Positions 1 through 10,004 of a DNA stretch of 32,000 bases are shown here, in pieces. A program made the position numbers and the translations under genes. Position 1 is the stretch's first letter. Each line of letters begins with the position of its first letter. Origin of the DNA: Candidatus Helarchaeota ASGARD archaeon Hel_GB_B (lineage in GTDB: Archaea; Asgardarchaeota; Lokiarchaeia; Helarchaeales; HEL-GB-B). The notes under the pieces were generated by a model. The model was not told where the DNA came from, ran no database searches, and saw only the letters and a program-made list of their open reading frames with translations. The stretch is taken from NCBI GenBank assembly GCA_005191425.1, contig SUPR01000012.1, forward strand, positions 1 to 32,000. The letters run 5' to 3'.

Positions 1-161
1 ATAATAATATTTATATTTATAATACATTTTTAAAATCATCTCATATTATGATTAAATAAAAATAATAGTTTGATATAAAAAAATCTTTTCTAATTTAGTC
101 GGAGAAAAAAAATTATATATTTATTTATATATTTTTGTCGGGCAAAGGTTTTTGTAAAATC

Positions 162-1115
162 TCATTGAGCATAAATATCATAATAAATTCCAGACCGTTT
201 ATCTTCCCAAGTAATAATTGCACCACCAGCGTTATCGCTAGTAAGTTGTGGGAAATCTTGGTCGTCTATTGCATTACATATTATAACTCCATTTTGTGTC
301 CACTGAACCACTCCGTTCAAGGATATTTTTTGTGTATAGATATTTTTGTTTGTAGCATTTCTAGAATTTGCCCAGATAATAATAAAATCATCATTACTTT
401 TTATTATTTCAGCGCTACTTTGTTCATTAGTAGCATTACAAATAACAGTACCATTTGATGTCAATAAAGAATTTCCATTTGCATCAATACGTTGTGCATA
501 AATATCGAAATCAACTCCGGATCTATAGTCAACCCAAACAATAACAGCGCCATTTTGTCCATCACTAACGATTTTCGGATAATATTGCCCGTTATCTTTA
601 GAACATATTAAAATTCCTTTAGTAGCCCATTGAACCGCACCTGATGAATTAATTTTTTGTGCATATATATGGGAAAAGGTGCCTCGATCATCATACCATG
701 TTATTATTGCACCTCCTGCTCCATCACTGCATATTTGGGGTTGATGCTGGTCTTCACTACTAGAACATATACATATCCCACCAGAACCCTATAATATATT
801 TCCAGCGGAGTCTACTTTTTGAACAAATATATTATAATCGATGCCATTTCTCTGCTCTTCCCAAACAATAATTGCACCATCGCTACCATCACTTATAATC
901 TGTGGATTGTTCTGTGTCCCATTTTCAGTTGAAACAAGTGTACCATTATTAGTCTATAATGTTTCAAGATATTTATGAATATTTAATGTAATTTCTTTTG
1001 AATAGTATAATGTTGTATTTTTTGGAAATAATGTAATTAATTCAGATAATGTTATTATTAACAAAAAGATACTATAAATGATGAAAATTTTATATTTTAC
1101 TTTTTTTAATTTAGC
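162..1115 (-). pseudogene. Secreted beta-propeller-like repeat protein (five ~55-60 aa repeats), interrupted by two in-frame TAG codons
   Basis: Manual translation: one frame runs from 1115 to the TGA at 162-164. It has a basic plus hydrophobic N-terminus (AKLKKVKYKIFIIYSIFLLIITL) and repeats of W-x-x-NG...Q-x-x-P-x-I-x-SDG-x-GGAII-x-W...DIYAQ. TAG codons occur at 954-956 and 789-791. The nearest ATG (1117-1119) is one base out of frame. ORF 162..464 is only the last two repeats. Confidence 0.8.
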
Positions 1116-1589
1116 TCATTTAATTTAAAATTTATTATATTTTGTCATTAGAATTTGTACCCCCATTTTTTTATGAATTTTTGAAAATATATTAGTAAAA
1201 ATTAGCCAGTTTTATTCTAATCATTACATAAATCTTTTTAAAATCTATTTTAAAAGTATAATTAAACTGTAAATCTCGATTGGTCAATTTATTTATCAAA
1301 TCATTGATTAATAATTTTAATATGAATTAACATAATCGAAATAAAAGAGTTGAAATTTAGTAATTATTTTAAAATTTACTTATTATTATTGAAGTTTTTC
1401 AAGTATTAAAAGTTCTTTATTAAAAAATTTTAATAACGAATAAATTATAAATGAAATTTACAAAATTTTGCTAATCATTTAAATTTCTGAATTAAATTTC
1501 TTGATTGTATTTATAACATTCTAAACAAACTATAAATATTTTAAATTAATTCAATTATTTAAATTTAAAAAATTTAAGAAGGTTATTAA

Positions 1590-2750
1590 ATGGATTTTTC
1601 ATTTTCTGAAGAGCAAAAAATGTTGAGAAAAATAGTCCGTGAATTTGCGGAAAAGAAATTGGCACCGCGAGTAAGAGAATTTGAAGAAAAAGGCATCGAT
1701 TATGACCTTGTAAGAGAATTATATAAATTAGGTGTAATGGGTTTACCCTTACCTGAAAAATATGGTGGTGCTGATGGTAGCTTTTTAGATGCATTGATAG
1801 TAATGGAAGAACTTGCAAGAATTGACCCTGCTTTTACGATGGCAGCAAATGATTCATGGGCAGGGGCTGTAGTAATCCATGCTTTTGGAAAAGTTTCGCA
1901 AAAGAAAAAATTCATTATTCCAAATTTAAAAGGTGAAAAATTCAGTTCATTTGCTACTACCGAAGCTGGAGCTGGAAGTGATATTTTCTCAATGAAAACT
2001 ACAATAGTTCCCGATGGTGATGGTTTTATTGTAAATGGTTCTAAAGCATGGATTACTAATGCAAATGTGGCAGATTATTATATAATTTGGGGTTATACTG
2101 ATAAAAAAAAGAGGGCAAGAGGAATTACCACAGCAATTCTGGAAAAAGGAATGGATGGGTTCACATTTGGTAAAAAAGAGGAACTATGTGGATTTAGAGC
2201 TAGTTATACAGGTTCCTTATTTTTTGATAATGTTAGAATACCTAAAGAAAATATTATTGGAAAATTAGGTGATGGACTTTTACATTTAATGACTTTATTA
2301 GACTCAGGAAGAGTTGCAATGGCATCTATAGCTAATGGTATTTCTCAAGCCGCTTTTGAAACTGTGCTAAATTATGTAAAAGAACGAAAACAATTTAATA
2401 GACCACTCGCCGATTTTCAATGGATAAGAATGACATTGGCAGATATGTGGACAGAGTTACAAGCAAGTAAATTGCTTTGTTATAAATGCGCAGCACTTGC
2501 AGATATAAATCCAATGGACGAAGAATTAATTAAACTTGCATCATCAGCCAAATATTATTCCAGCGAAACTGCTATGAAAATAACTACAAATGCACTACAG
2601 ATGTGTGGTAGCATTGGTTATTCAAAAGAAATGCTCCTTGAAAAATATTTCCGAGACGCAAAATTTATGGCAATCGGCGAAGGAACAACCCAAATTCAAA
2701 AGATGATACTTGCATCAAGACTAGTTGATTCTAATAAAGTTATTTTATAA
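1590..2750 (+). CDS. Acyl-CoA dehydrogenase (short/branched-chain type)
   Basis: Motifs MDFSFSEEQKMLR, ATTEAGAGSD, NGSKAWITN, GRVAMA, RKQFNRPL and YFRDAKFMAIGEGT (catalytic Glu). Confidence 0.96.
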   Translation: MDFSFSEEQKMLRKIVREFAEKKLAPRVREFEEKGIDYDLVRELYKLGVMGLPLPEKYGGADGSFLDALIVMEELARIDPAFTMAANDSWAGAVVIHAFGKVSQKKKFIIPNLKGEKFSSFATTEAGAGSDIFSMKTTIVPDGDGFIVNGSKAWITNANVADYYIIWGYTDKKKRARGITTAILEKGMDGFTFGKKEELCGFRASYTGSLFFDNVRIPKENIIGKLGDGLLHLMTLLDSGRVAMASIANGISQAAFETVLNYVKERKQFNRPLADFQWIRMTLADMWTELQASKLLCYKCAALADINPMDEELIKLASSAKYYSSETAMKITTNALQMCGSIGYSKEMLLEKYFRDAKFMAIGEGTTQIQKMILASRLVDSNKVIL

Positions 2751-2969
2751 TTTTTTTATATTAATTATGAACATTTTTTAATTTGTAGACGATTAAACCT
2801 CTTTTATAAACAGAAAATAATAGTTTTTTCAATTTAAAATAGTTTAATTATTAAGAATTTGAATGATTTTATTCTTATAGTTTATTATTGCCCAAAACAA
2901 TATTCAATTTTTAAATTAATTGACAAATCCTTAACCTTTTAAATTTATTTTTAAAAAATCTATTTTTAG

Positions 2970-3866
2970 TTATTTAAATTTGGCCATAGGATTTTTATCC
3001 ATACAAGGTACTCCGAATTGACAAAAAGCACAACCAACCGCTGGTCTGTGTTTTTCCCATTTACCATCAATTTTACGGAGTGTGGGTTTTAGAAATCCGC
3101 GGAGACGTTTATTCATGATTCGAGCAACTTTTTGTTCCTATATAAAACATGCAATTTTTTCATGCCCTTTCTCAGAAATTGCATTAGCAGGACACCGTTC
3201 AATACATTTCTTGCAAGTCCCTTTAGCATAAAACAGACAGTTTGCATATGGGTCATCACTTTTTCTAGGAGTTATTTCCAATGTTGCATTTGTAATAAAA
3301 GACCCAAATCTAACATTACAACCAAGTTCTGTTATTAGTCCTTCGTGTAAACCAAAAGTGCCAAGCCCTGCTGCAAAAGCAATATGCCGCTCAGACCAAT
3401 TTGAATATAATTTCCCTCTAATCACATGATTATATGGTGTGCTAAGAATAGGGACAATAGCTTCAAATCCTAAATCAATAAAATATTTGACTGATTTTTC
3501 TAATACATCTGCAATAAATTCATTGGCATAATTTCTACCGACACTATATATTTCTGCCGGTAATTTGGTCTGAGAGATACTTGCATCCCGAATTTTTTTC
3601 ACATAGGGAAATACGATGGAGACCACTCTAAGATTATTGTCCTTTTCTAATAAATTTAATTTCTGACCATTCCATATTTCTATTGGTGTTAAATGTTTTT
3701 CACCAACTACTTCTTTATATTTTTGAAAAATTAGGTCATTTCCAGCAGCTACATCAATAATTGGAGTAAAGAAAATTGGGCCTCCACCAAACTCCGCGGG
3801 GAGCCTGTTGAGCTCACCATTTTCTATTATTTGCTTCAAGAATTTCATAAATTTATTGTTGTACAT
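2970..3866 (-). pseudogene. Epoxyqueuosine reductase (QueG)-like cobalamin/4Fe-4S protein with one in-frame TAG (pseudogene or readthrough)
   Basis: Motifs WSERHIAFAAGLGTFG and CLFYAKGTCKKCIERCPANAI. After the TAG at 3138-3140 the same frame stays open for 55 codons (EQKVARIM...VGCAFCQFGVPCMDKNP) to TAA at 2970-2972, supplying the family's C-terminal CxxCxxxxPC motif. Confidence 0.8.
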
Positions 3867-4128
3867 TGTAAAATTATTTAAAAAGAAAATTAATAAATCT
3901 TTTTTATTCTATTTTTACTCAAGAAATTCATATAAAAACTAAATTATCGTTTGTGGAAGATTTATTTATTCAAAATAAAGGTAAAAATTCTAAAATCTTA
4001 AATTTTAAAATTATGAAATAGAAAATTACGATAAAATTGGAAGATATTTTTAATTAAAAAATATAAATAACTTTATTTTGGACGTTTGATATAAAAATAG
4101 AATTAATAATTAATAGAGCTAAAACAAT

Positions 4129-5004
4129 TTAAAATTTCTCAATTAATTCTTTCATTTTTACAGCATGAAAATTTAATCCTAGCTCAGCTGGAGGAATTCC
4201 TTGTGCTAATGCAATTAATTCAGTTAAATATAATACCGGAATTTTATAGTTAGTACCAAATTTTGAGTTAACTTTACGTTGATTCCCGTCTAATTGCATA
4301 TAACATGCTGGACAAATTACACAAATTAAATCAGCTTTTACCCTATCAATTTGTTCTAATTTATCTTTAAGTAAAATTAATTGAGAATCTTCATCAATTC
4401 CGCTTATTGCAGACCCACAGCAAGTATGTTTATTTAAGTACTCAACGCTTGTAGCACCTAGAGCTTCGACCACTCTATCTAGAGAAACAGGACGAATTGG
4501 GTCGTCAAAATCAACAATAGAGCTAGGTCTACCATAATGACATCCATAAAAAGTAGCGACTCTTAACCCGGTTAATGGTTTTACCACCGTTTCTTTTAAT
4601 TTTTCAGGTGTAATTATTTTATAAACATATTCCAGAAAATGAACGACATTTATACTACCCTTGAATTCCATATTAACTTTAGATAGAATTTTATTTACAA
4701 CATCTTTATGGTGAGGGTCATTTTTCATTTCTACATTAGCTGATTTTAATGTTTCATAACATCCATTACAGAATGTCAGTATGTCTAGGCCTTTATCTTC
4801 AGCTAAACATAAGTTATGAGCTGCAGCAGCAGTCCACGCCTCTCTACTTATTTGAAGGGTACCTGTAGGGTTAGGGCAGCAACCAAACTCAGGAATATCC
4901 TTAAACTTAATTCTTAAGTTTTCCAATACCATTCGCCCTGATTTCTCAAGGTGTGGGTATCTATTTGCAATTACACAACCAACAAATAATGCATATTCAC
5001 TCAT
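4129..5004 (-). CDS. hdrB: CoB-CoM heterodisulfide reductase subunit B
   Basis: Two CCG-type domains: FVGCVIA, GCCP, FCNGC, YGCHY, TCCGS, CPACYMQLD. ATGA overlap with hdrC. Confidence 0.95.
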   Translation of the reverse strand: MSEYALFVGCVIANRYPHLEKSGRMVLENLRIKFKDIPEFGCCPNPTGTLQISREAWTAAAAHNLCLAEDKGLDILTFCNGCYETLKSANVEMKNDPHHKDVVNKILSKVNMEFKGSINVVHFLEYVYKIITPEKLKETVVKPLTGLRVATFYGCHYGRPSSIVDFDDPIRPVSLDRVVEALGATSVEYLNKHTCCGSAISGIDEDSQLILLKDKLEQIDRVKADLICVICPACYMQLDGNQRKVNSKFGTNYKIPVLYLTELIALAQGIPPAELGLNFHAVKMKELIEKF

Positions 5005-5510
5005 TCATTGCCACCTTCTTCAGGAAGTTTCTCAATTAATTTTGGAAATCCTACTTCTTTCAAAATCGTTTGAATAACCTCCACGTTCGGAGTCATTAAA
5101 TTTTCTTTTAAACCCATTTTTGTGCGTCGTCTTGCAATTGCGGGATTATTCGGGAGATTTAAACCGGTATTAAAGACCCGCACACCTTCTTCACGGATAT
5201 TTTCTGGAATATTTCCAATAGCGACCGCCATGTGTCTCAAATCAAATAACATTTCTGAGACCAAAACGCCTTGCGGACAAACCTCAAGACATAAATGACA
5301 AGTTGTACACAACCAAATATTCTTATCGTTCAATAATTTATCTTTAAATCCAAGTAATATATCTTCAACTAATCTCCTTGGATTATAATTACTATTTACT
5401 CTAAAAGCAGGGCAAATTCCAGCACATGTCCCGCATTGATAACAATAATTAATAGTCTTTCCGATTTCTGTTTGTGACATCTCTTTTCTAAATGCAGAGC
5501 TTATCATCAT
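5001..5510 (-). CDS. hdrC: Heterodisulfide reductase subunit C (2x[4Fe-4S])
   Basis: Motifs CYQCGTCAGICP and IWLCTTCHLCLEVCPQGV; directly upstream of hdrB. Confidence 0.95.
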   Translation of the reverse strand: MMISSAFRKEMSQTEIGKTINYCYQCGTCAGICPAFRVNSNYNPRRLVEDILLGFKDKLLNDKNIWLCTTCHLCLEVCPQGVLVSEMLFDLRHMAVAIGNIPENIREEGVRVFNTGLNLPNNPAIARRRTKMGLKENLMTPNVEVIQTILKEVGFPKLIEKLPEEGGNE

Positions 5511-5965
5511 TTTTGATCACACTAAATTTTTGGATCATCTTTTTCTAATCCTCTTAATTTAAATCTATAAACTTTTCGTTAATAATATTGTATTACTTTT
5601 TTAATCTTTAAATTATAATTTTTGGATTTGTATAGAATAAATTTAGAGAATTTTTATATAAAATGAATTAAATTCGAATAGTTCATTATAAATTAAAATT
5701 CAAATAAATAAAAATATTTTTATTTAAATGAATGAACTTATGTAAAATTAAAAAACAGAATGATTTTATGATTATTTTACTATTTTAAAAGTAACTTTTA
5801 TAATTGACTTAACTATTTTTGAAATTAGAACATTTATTAAGGCTAAATATCATTAATAATAAGATTTAATTTTGATATTAATGTCAAATTTGTGGAATGA
5901 ACTTGGAACTTTTTTTAAAAAGGTAATTTAATTAAGACAAAATTAGTCAAATTTATTTTAAAAAT

Positions 5966-7435
5966 TTAAATTTGGATAAGTTTCCAGAGCGAAAACAAAT
6001 CACTAATTTGTTTAAATGTTTTACCTTTAATAAAATCAATTGGGTTCATTGAAATACCTTTTAATAATCGAATATTTTGTAATGCTTTAATAAGGCTAAT
6101 TTCACCGTTTGCATATTGGCAAAGATGCTTCAATGTACTCTGTAGAATTATATCAGATTCTTGGTGATAAGGACCGATCTTTATGTTAATAATCTTAGAG
6201 TAATTGGGTTGGCTACCATCGATAATTAAATTTAGAATACCAAGATCAGTAATTTGAAGAGAGATAATTTTGTGGAAATCTCTGATAACCGGTAATTTTT
6301 TAGGATTGTTTTGTAAATTAATAATAAAAAGGGTTTTAATAAGTTCTGCAAATCCTTCCATTGTCAATCTTTTAATTGAAAGAGTACCTGGGAAATCTTT
6401 TTTCTCATATAAACGGATTAGTACAGCTACAAGTGGTGCGATGATTTTGACAAATTCATGTAATTTAAAGATTTTTATTTGGTTAGAAGTAGCAATTTCA
6501 AACATTTCTAATTTTCCAAGTATTAAATTAACCACGACATCAACAGAATTAAATGAAATTAAAGGATCATTATTATTAATACCATTAGTGACATCAATCG
6601 CTTCTTCTAAAAATAGAATTGTAAAGGCGGTTCGATTTTTAATTTGTATACCAAATTTCTTGCTGTCCATAATTTTCAAGAAAAATTGTATTTCGGTGCG
6701 TTCTCGTAATATATGAATGGATTTTCTGAAATAGAAAAGAAAATCATTTATTCCCATTTTTATATCAGTTATAGAAGTATTAGTATGGTCATTAATAAGG
6801 TCTCGAATTAGATTTTCCATAAGGTACATTTTAACATATCTAAAAATCAGTTCAACAAAATTAGAGAAGACTTTTTGGACAATTAATTCTTCTTTTTTTA
6901 TCTTTAGTTCTTTATTTTTCAATTCGTTGGTTAATTTTGTATTTACTTCATTAAATATGGAATCTAAATTTTTAACATAATTGATACTTTTGTTGGTTTT
7001 TAATTGTTGATATGATGATTGATAGTTTCTAAATATTTTATTTTTTTCATCTGGTAAATTTCGGCTATAAAATGAGAAGTTTTCGATACCTGCTTCTTGT
7101 TCAATCAATTTTACTAATAGGGGCTGATTAAAAATTATGCTAGAAAATAATGAATCGCTTGCATTAATAAGTTCTATTGGTAAATCCTCTTCACCAAGAA
7201 TTTTCTCCTTTTTAATTAATACAATACTTAGGACTTCTCCGTATACAGCAAAAAGAATTTTAATATCATTCATTAAAATTTTATATATTCCTTGTTCATA
7301 TCTATCAAATTTGTTTACTATGTTTAAAATTGTTTTATTTATTAAATCCAGTGTATCTTCATCAAATTTTTCCAGTTCCTTACGGAAAACAAATTTTTTA
7401 CCATAATTGATAAAAATATAAACCCCTAATATCAT
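5966..7435 (-). CDS. Putative longin-like domain + helical linker + two SCP2 (sterol carrier/acyl-CoA binding)-like domains
   Basis: The N-terminal ~110 aa follow the longin pattern (MILGVYIFINYGKKFVFRK...DLI...IYKILMNDIKILFAVYGEVLSIVLI). DPLISFNSVDVVVNLILGKLEMFEIATSNQIKI (aa ~290-322) and DIILQSTLKHLCQYANGEISLIKAL (aa ~428-452) each match the SCP2 core. Judged by eye. Confidence 0.55.
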   Translation of the reverse strand: MILGVYIFINYGKKFVFRKELEKFDEDTLDLINKTILNIVNKFDRYEQGIYKILMNDIKILFAVYGEVLSIVLIKKEKILGEEDLPIELINASDSLFSSIIFNQPLLVKLIEQEAGIENFSFYSRNLPDEKNKIFRNYQSSYQQLKTNKSINYVKNLDSIFNEVNTKLTNELKNKELKIKKEELIVQKVFSNFVELIFRYVKMYLMENLIRDLINDHTNTSITDIKMGINDFLFYFRKSIHILRERTEIQFFLKIMDSKKFGIQIKNRTAFTILFLEEAIDVTNGINNNDPLISFNSVDVVVNLILGKLEMFEIATSNQIKIFKLHEFVKIIAPLVAVLIRLYEKKDFPGTLSIKRLTMEGFAELIKTLFIINLQNNPKKLPVIRDFHKIISLQITDLGILNLIIDGSQPNYSKIINIKIGPYHQESDIILQSTLKHLCQYANGEISLIKALQNIRLLKGISMNPIDFIKGKTFKQISDLFSLWKLIQI

Positions 7436-7456
7436 TGATTTACCAAATCCATTTAA

Positions 7457-9148
7457 TTATTTTAATCTAGCAATTTCTTCTTCAATTTTTTCAGGTAGTT
7501 CTTGTAAAATATTATTAATTAAGACTTGTTTTTTAATACCATATATCTTTTTTATATGAAATCTTTTTGCAATTTCCCTGATTTTAGTAGCAGTGAGCGA
7601 TTTTAGAACTTTTTCCAGTTCATTTCGCTTATCTTTCTGAGTAACTGGTATTTTATCAGATATTTTAATTGGATTTGGAACATAAATCTGTTTATCTGAG
7701 ACTATACCCTCCCATTTTTCAATATTTTTTGGTTTTTCATAAAATTGTATCCATTGTATCCCATTTTGATTGCAATAAGTTTCGATCCCATTTGCAAATC
7801 CAGGAGCAATCAATAACGCATTAATTACTGCATTCTTTTTCCGCTTTTTTTCATAATTTTTAAGATATAAAAGTTGGACTAAATAATCTTCGACATAATC
7901 TTTATCTACCTCGAGAATTGTAAATTGACCAACGGTTATTATCTCATTATCTTTAATTTTTTGCTTAAATCCGATTGCATCCCATTTGTAGTCTAAATAT
8001 TTTATATTTCTTTTAATGTTTTCAGATTTATAACCGCGAGCTTTAAGTTTTTCAATAAAGTTTTGAAAAGCTAATTTTTTATATTCATTTTCAATTTTTA
8101 AAAGATAAGTTGCATCTAAATTATAATTCTTGATATAATAAGAAGCTAATTTTGTAATTAATTCAGATGGAGTATAATTTTCGATTTCCTGGACTAGCAT
8201 AGCACATAGACCAGGAGTTGGTGGCATGATGTCAATTAAATATTTGAATGGAGCAAGTAAATATTTATAAATTTTATCTGCAACCTCAAAAAATTCATCA
8301 TCAGAAAATTCGTTTAGATATAAAATATATTCTCTAATAGTCCTCTCGACCTCAGGTACTATTAAAGGTATTTCATCAAATTTCTCTTTATCACATGTGA
8401 AAATTATGTAAATTTTTGGTGTCCCAGTCCCAATTGTTTTATCGGTTATAGCTCTTAAATAGGTACCTATAAAGGACTGCTTGGTCTTATCATCACTTAA
8501 AGTCATAAAACGCTCTAATTCGTCAAATAATAAAACTAAAAGATAATTATTTTTTCCAAGTAATTCGATAATTTCCTCTAATAAACTCAGAGCTTCGGAT
8601 TGGTGTAATTCACCATAATTTTCAGTAAATTCACCTTTTAATATCATTTTTCCTTTTAAAAATTCGTCGTGATCACCTATAAGTAAATTAATACCATCAA
8701 TTAATCGTTTATTTGCAATTGTTTTAATGCATTCCTTATTTTCCAGCAGAAATTCTCTTAACTTTTCAGCAATATTGTCTATAATTTCTTTATAAATCCT
8801 TGGAATTATAACAGCGGGCTTTTCACCCCCATATTTTGTCAACTCAATAAAAGCAATACAAGCATTTTTTACTCGACTTTGGACTAACTGAGCAGCTTGC
8901 CTTAATGTCATTGATTTACCGCTACCAAAAGTGCCAATGATCGGGCGGACAATTGAAAAATTTAGATAATAAATATTGTTGATATCTGTTTTGAACATTT
9001 CTGAAATTCTAATATTTTTTGAATTGGGTTCTATTACATGTTTTCCATCAATCATTCTATCAACAAGTATTTTTTCAAAGTTGGGAATAGGCTCGCCTCT
9101 TTTTAAAAGGTGTAAATCCCGTATTTTTTCTGTAAAAAAGTTTTTCAT
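7457..9148 (-). CDS. P-loop ATPase (AAA+/BrxD-like) with C-terminal REase-like fold and Rho-N-like helical tail
   Basis: Walker A GTFGSGKS and Walker B LLVLLFDELE. The C-terminal WDAIG...ALLIAPGF..GIETYCNQNGIQW resembles an Mrr/NucS-like fold, and LKSLTATKIREIAKRFHIKKIYGIKKQVLINNI resembles Rho-N. SD AGGAG upstream. Confidence 0.7.
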   Translation of the reverse strand: MKNFFTEKIRDLHLLKRGEPIPNFEKILVDRMIDGKHVIEPNSKNIRISEMFKTDINNIYYLNFSIVRPIIGTFGSGKSMTLRQAAQLVQSRVKNACIAFIELTKYGGEKPAVIIPRIYKEIIDNIAEKLREFLLENKECIKTIANKRLIDGINLLIGDHDEFLKGKMILKGEFTENYGELHQSEALSLLEEIIELLGKNNYLLVLLFDELERFMTLSDDKTKQSFIGTYLRAITDKTIGTGTPKIYIIFTCDKEKFDEIPLIVPEVERTIREYILYLNEFSDDEFFEVADKIYKYLLAPFKYLIDIMPPTPGLCAMLVQEIENYTPSELITKLASYYIKNYNLDATYLLKIENEYKKLAFQNFIEKLKARGYKSENIKRNIKYLDYKWDAIGFKQKIKDNEIITVGQFTILEVDKDYVEDYLVQLLYLKNYEKKRKKNAVINALLIAPGFANGIETYCNQNGIQWIQFYEKPKNIEKWEGIVSDKQIYVPNPIKISDKIPVTQKDKRNELEKVLKSLTATKIREIAKRFHIKKIYGIKKQVLINNILQELPEKIEEEIARLK

Positions 9149-9161
9149 TATATTTACTCCT

Positions 9162-9857
9162 TTATCTTTCCCTTAATAATAACCAAGATTTTGTTCTAGA
9201 ATGCTGAATACCAATCAATCTTGGATATTTCTCTTTTAATTTTAAAAAAAGTTCGTCAAAATGATTTGGTGGTATAATATAATCTCTAATTATTTTATCT
9301 CTAAATTTTTCAAACCAGACCAATCCTGTAGGGTCTTTTTCTGTAGACATATATTCAGTTTGTATGATTTCTTTAAATTCTTCTAATGAGATTTTCTTTA
9401 TAGTATATGTATATTTCCGATTTCTATTTAAGACGCCACACTTTACTAAAATATTTATATTATTCTTAAGTTCATCAAATGGGATGTTGACTTTAAATTC
9501 AACAAATTGCTTATTTATTTCCTCTATAGTAGGAATTTTTATTTTACTTAGTGCTTTTAATAATAATTCTCTAAAAGTATAATTAATATACCGTTTATTT
9601 AATATAGCCTTGGAAAGTATTCTATCATAATCTTGAAGTGCCTCTTTTCCTAATTTCGTAATCTTATAATTATTATCTAAAAATCCCAGTTTAATACATT
9701 TATTTATTAGATCTTTTCTTTTTCTTTTTCCCATTACCTTTTTCTCTTTTCTACCAGAGATAAAAGAAGATTCTTTCCCAATCGATTCCATTAGATCTAT
9801 TAATGATTCGGAATTTTCTGCTTTTTCTAATATTGTCCTAATTTTTTCATAGGTCAC
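9162..9857 (-). CDS. Putative multi-winged-helix DNA-binding protein
   Basis: Two wHTH-like recognition-helix/wing segments (KDLINKCIKLGFLDNNYKITKLGKEAL; DELKNNINILVKCGVLNR) plus a third helical domain. GTG start; ends 13 nt before the ATPase. Confidence 0.55.
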   Translation of the reverse strand: MTYEKIRTILEKAENSESLIDLMESIGKESSFISGRKEKKVMGKRKRKDLINKCIKLGFLDNNYKITKLGKEALQDYDRILSKAILNKRYINYTFRELLLKALSKIKIPTIEEINKQFVEFKVNIPFDELKNNINILVKCGVLNRNRKYTYTIKKISLEEFKEIIQTEYMSTEKDPTGLVWFEKFRDKIIRDYIIPPNHFDELFLKLKEKYPRLIGIQHSRTKSWLLLRER

Positions 9858-10004
9858 TATTAAACACTTTTAGTTCTAATTAATTATAAATATTAGATAT
9901 TAAGTAATTAATTTAAACTTTTTAAATTTAAAATAAAAGAGTTTCATATTATAAATTAGAAGTTCAACAAAAATATAAATTAAATCAATATTAAGTGATA
10001 TATC

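Noticed and set aside
789-3140. In-frame TAG as pyrrolysine
   Set aside because: No pyl gene or methylamine methyltransferase is in the window, and two TAGs replace a repeat-conserved Trp. Not excluded for the whole genome, but unsupported here.
5966-9857. A named defence system (BREX, Mrr, Wadjet, etc.)
   Set aside because: No PglX, PglZ, methyltransferase, SMC or other partner gene is present; only a loose resemblance of the ATPase.
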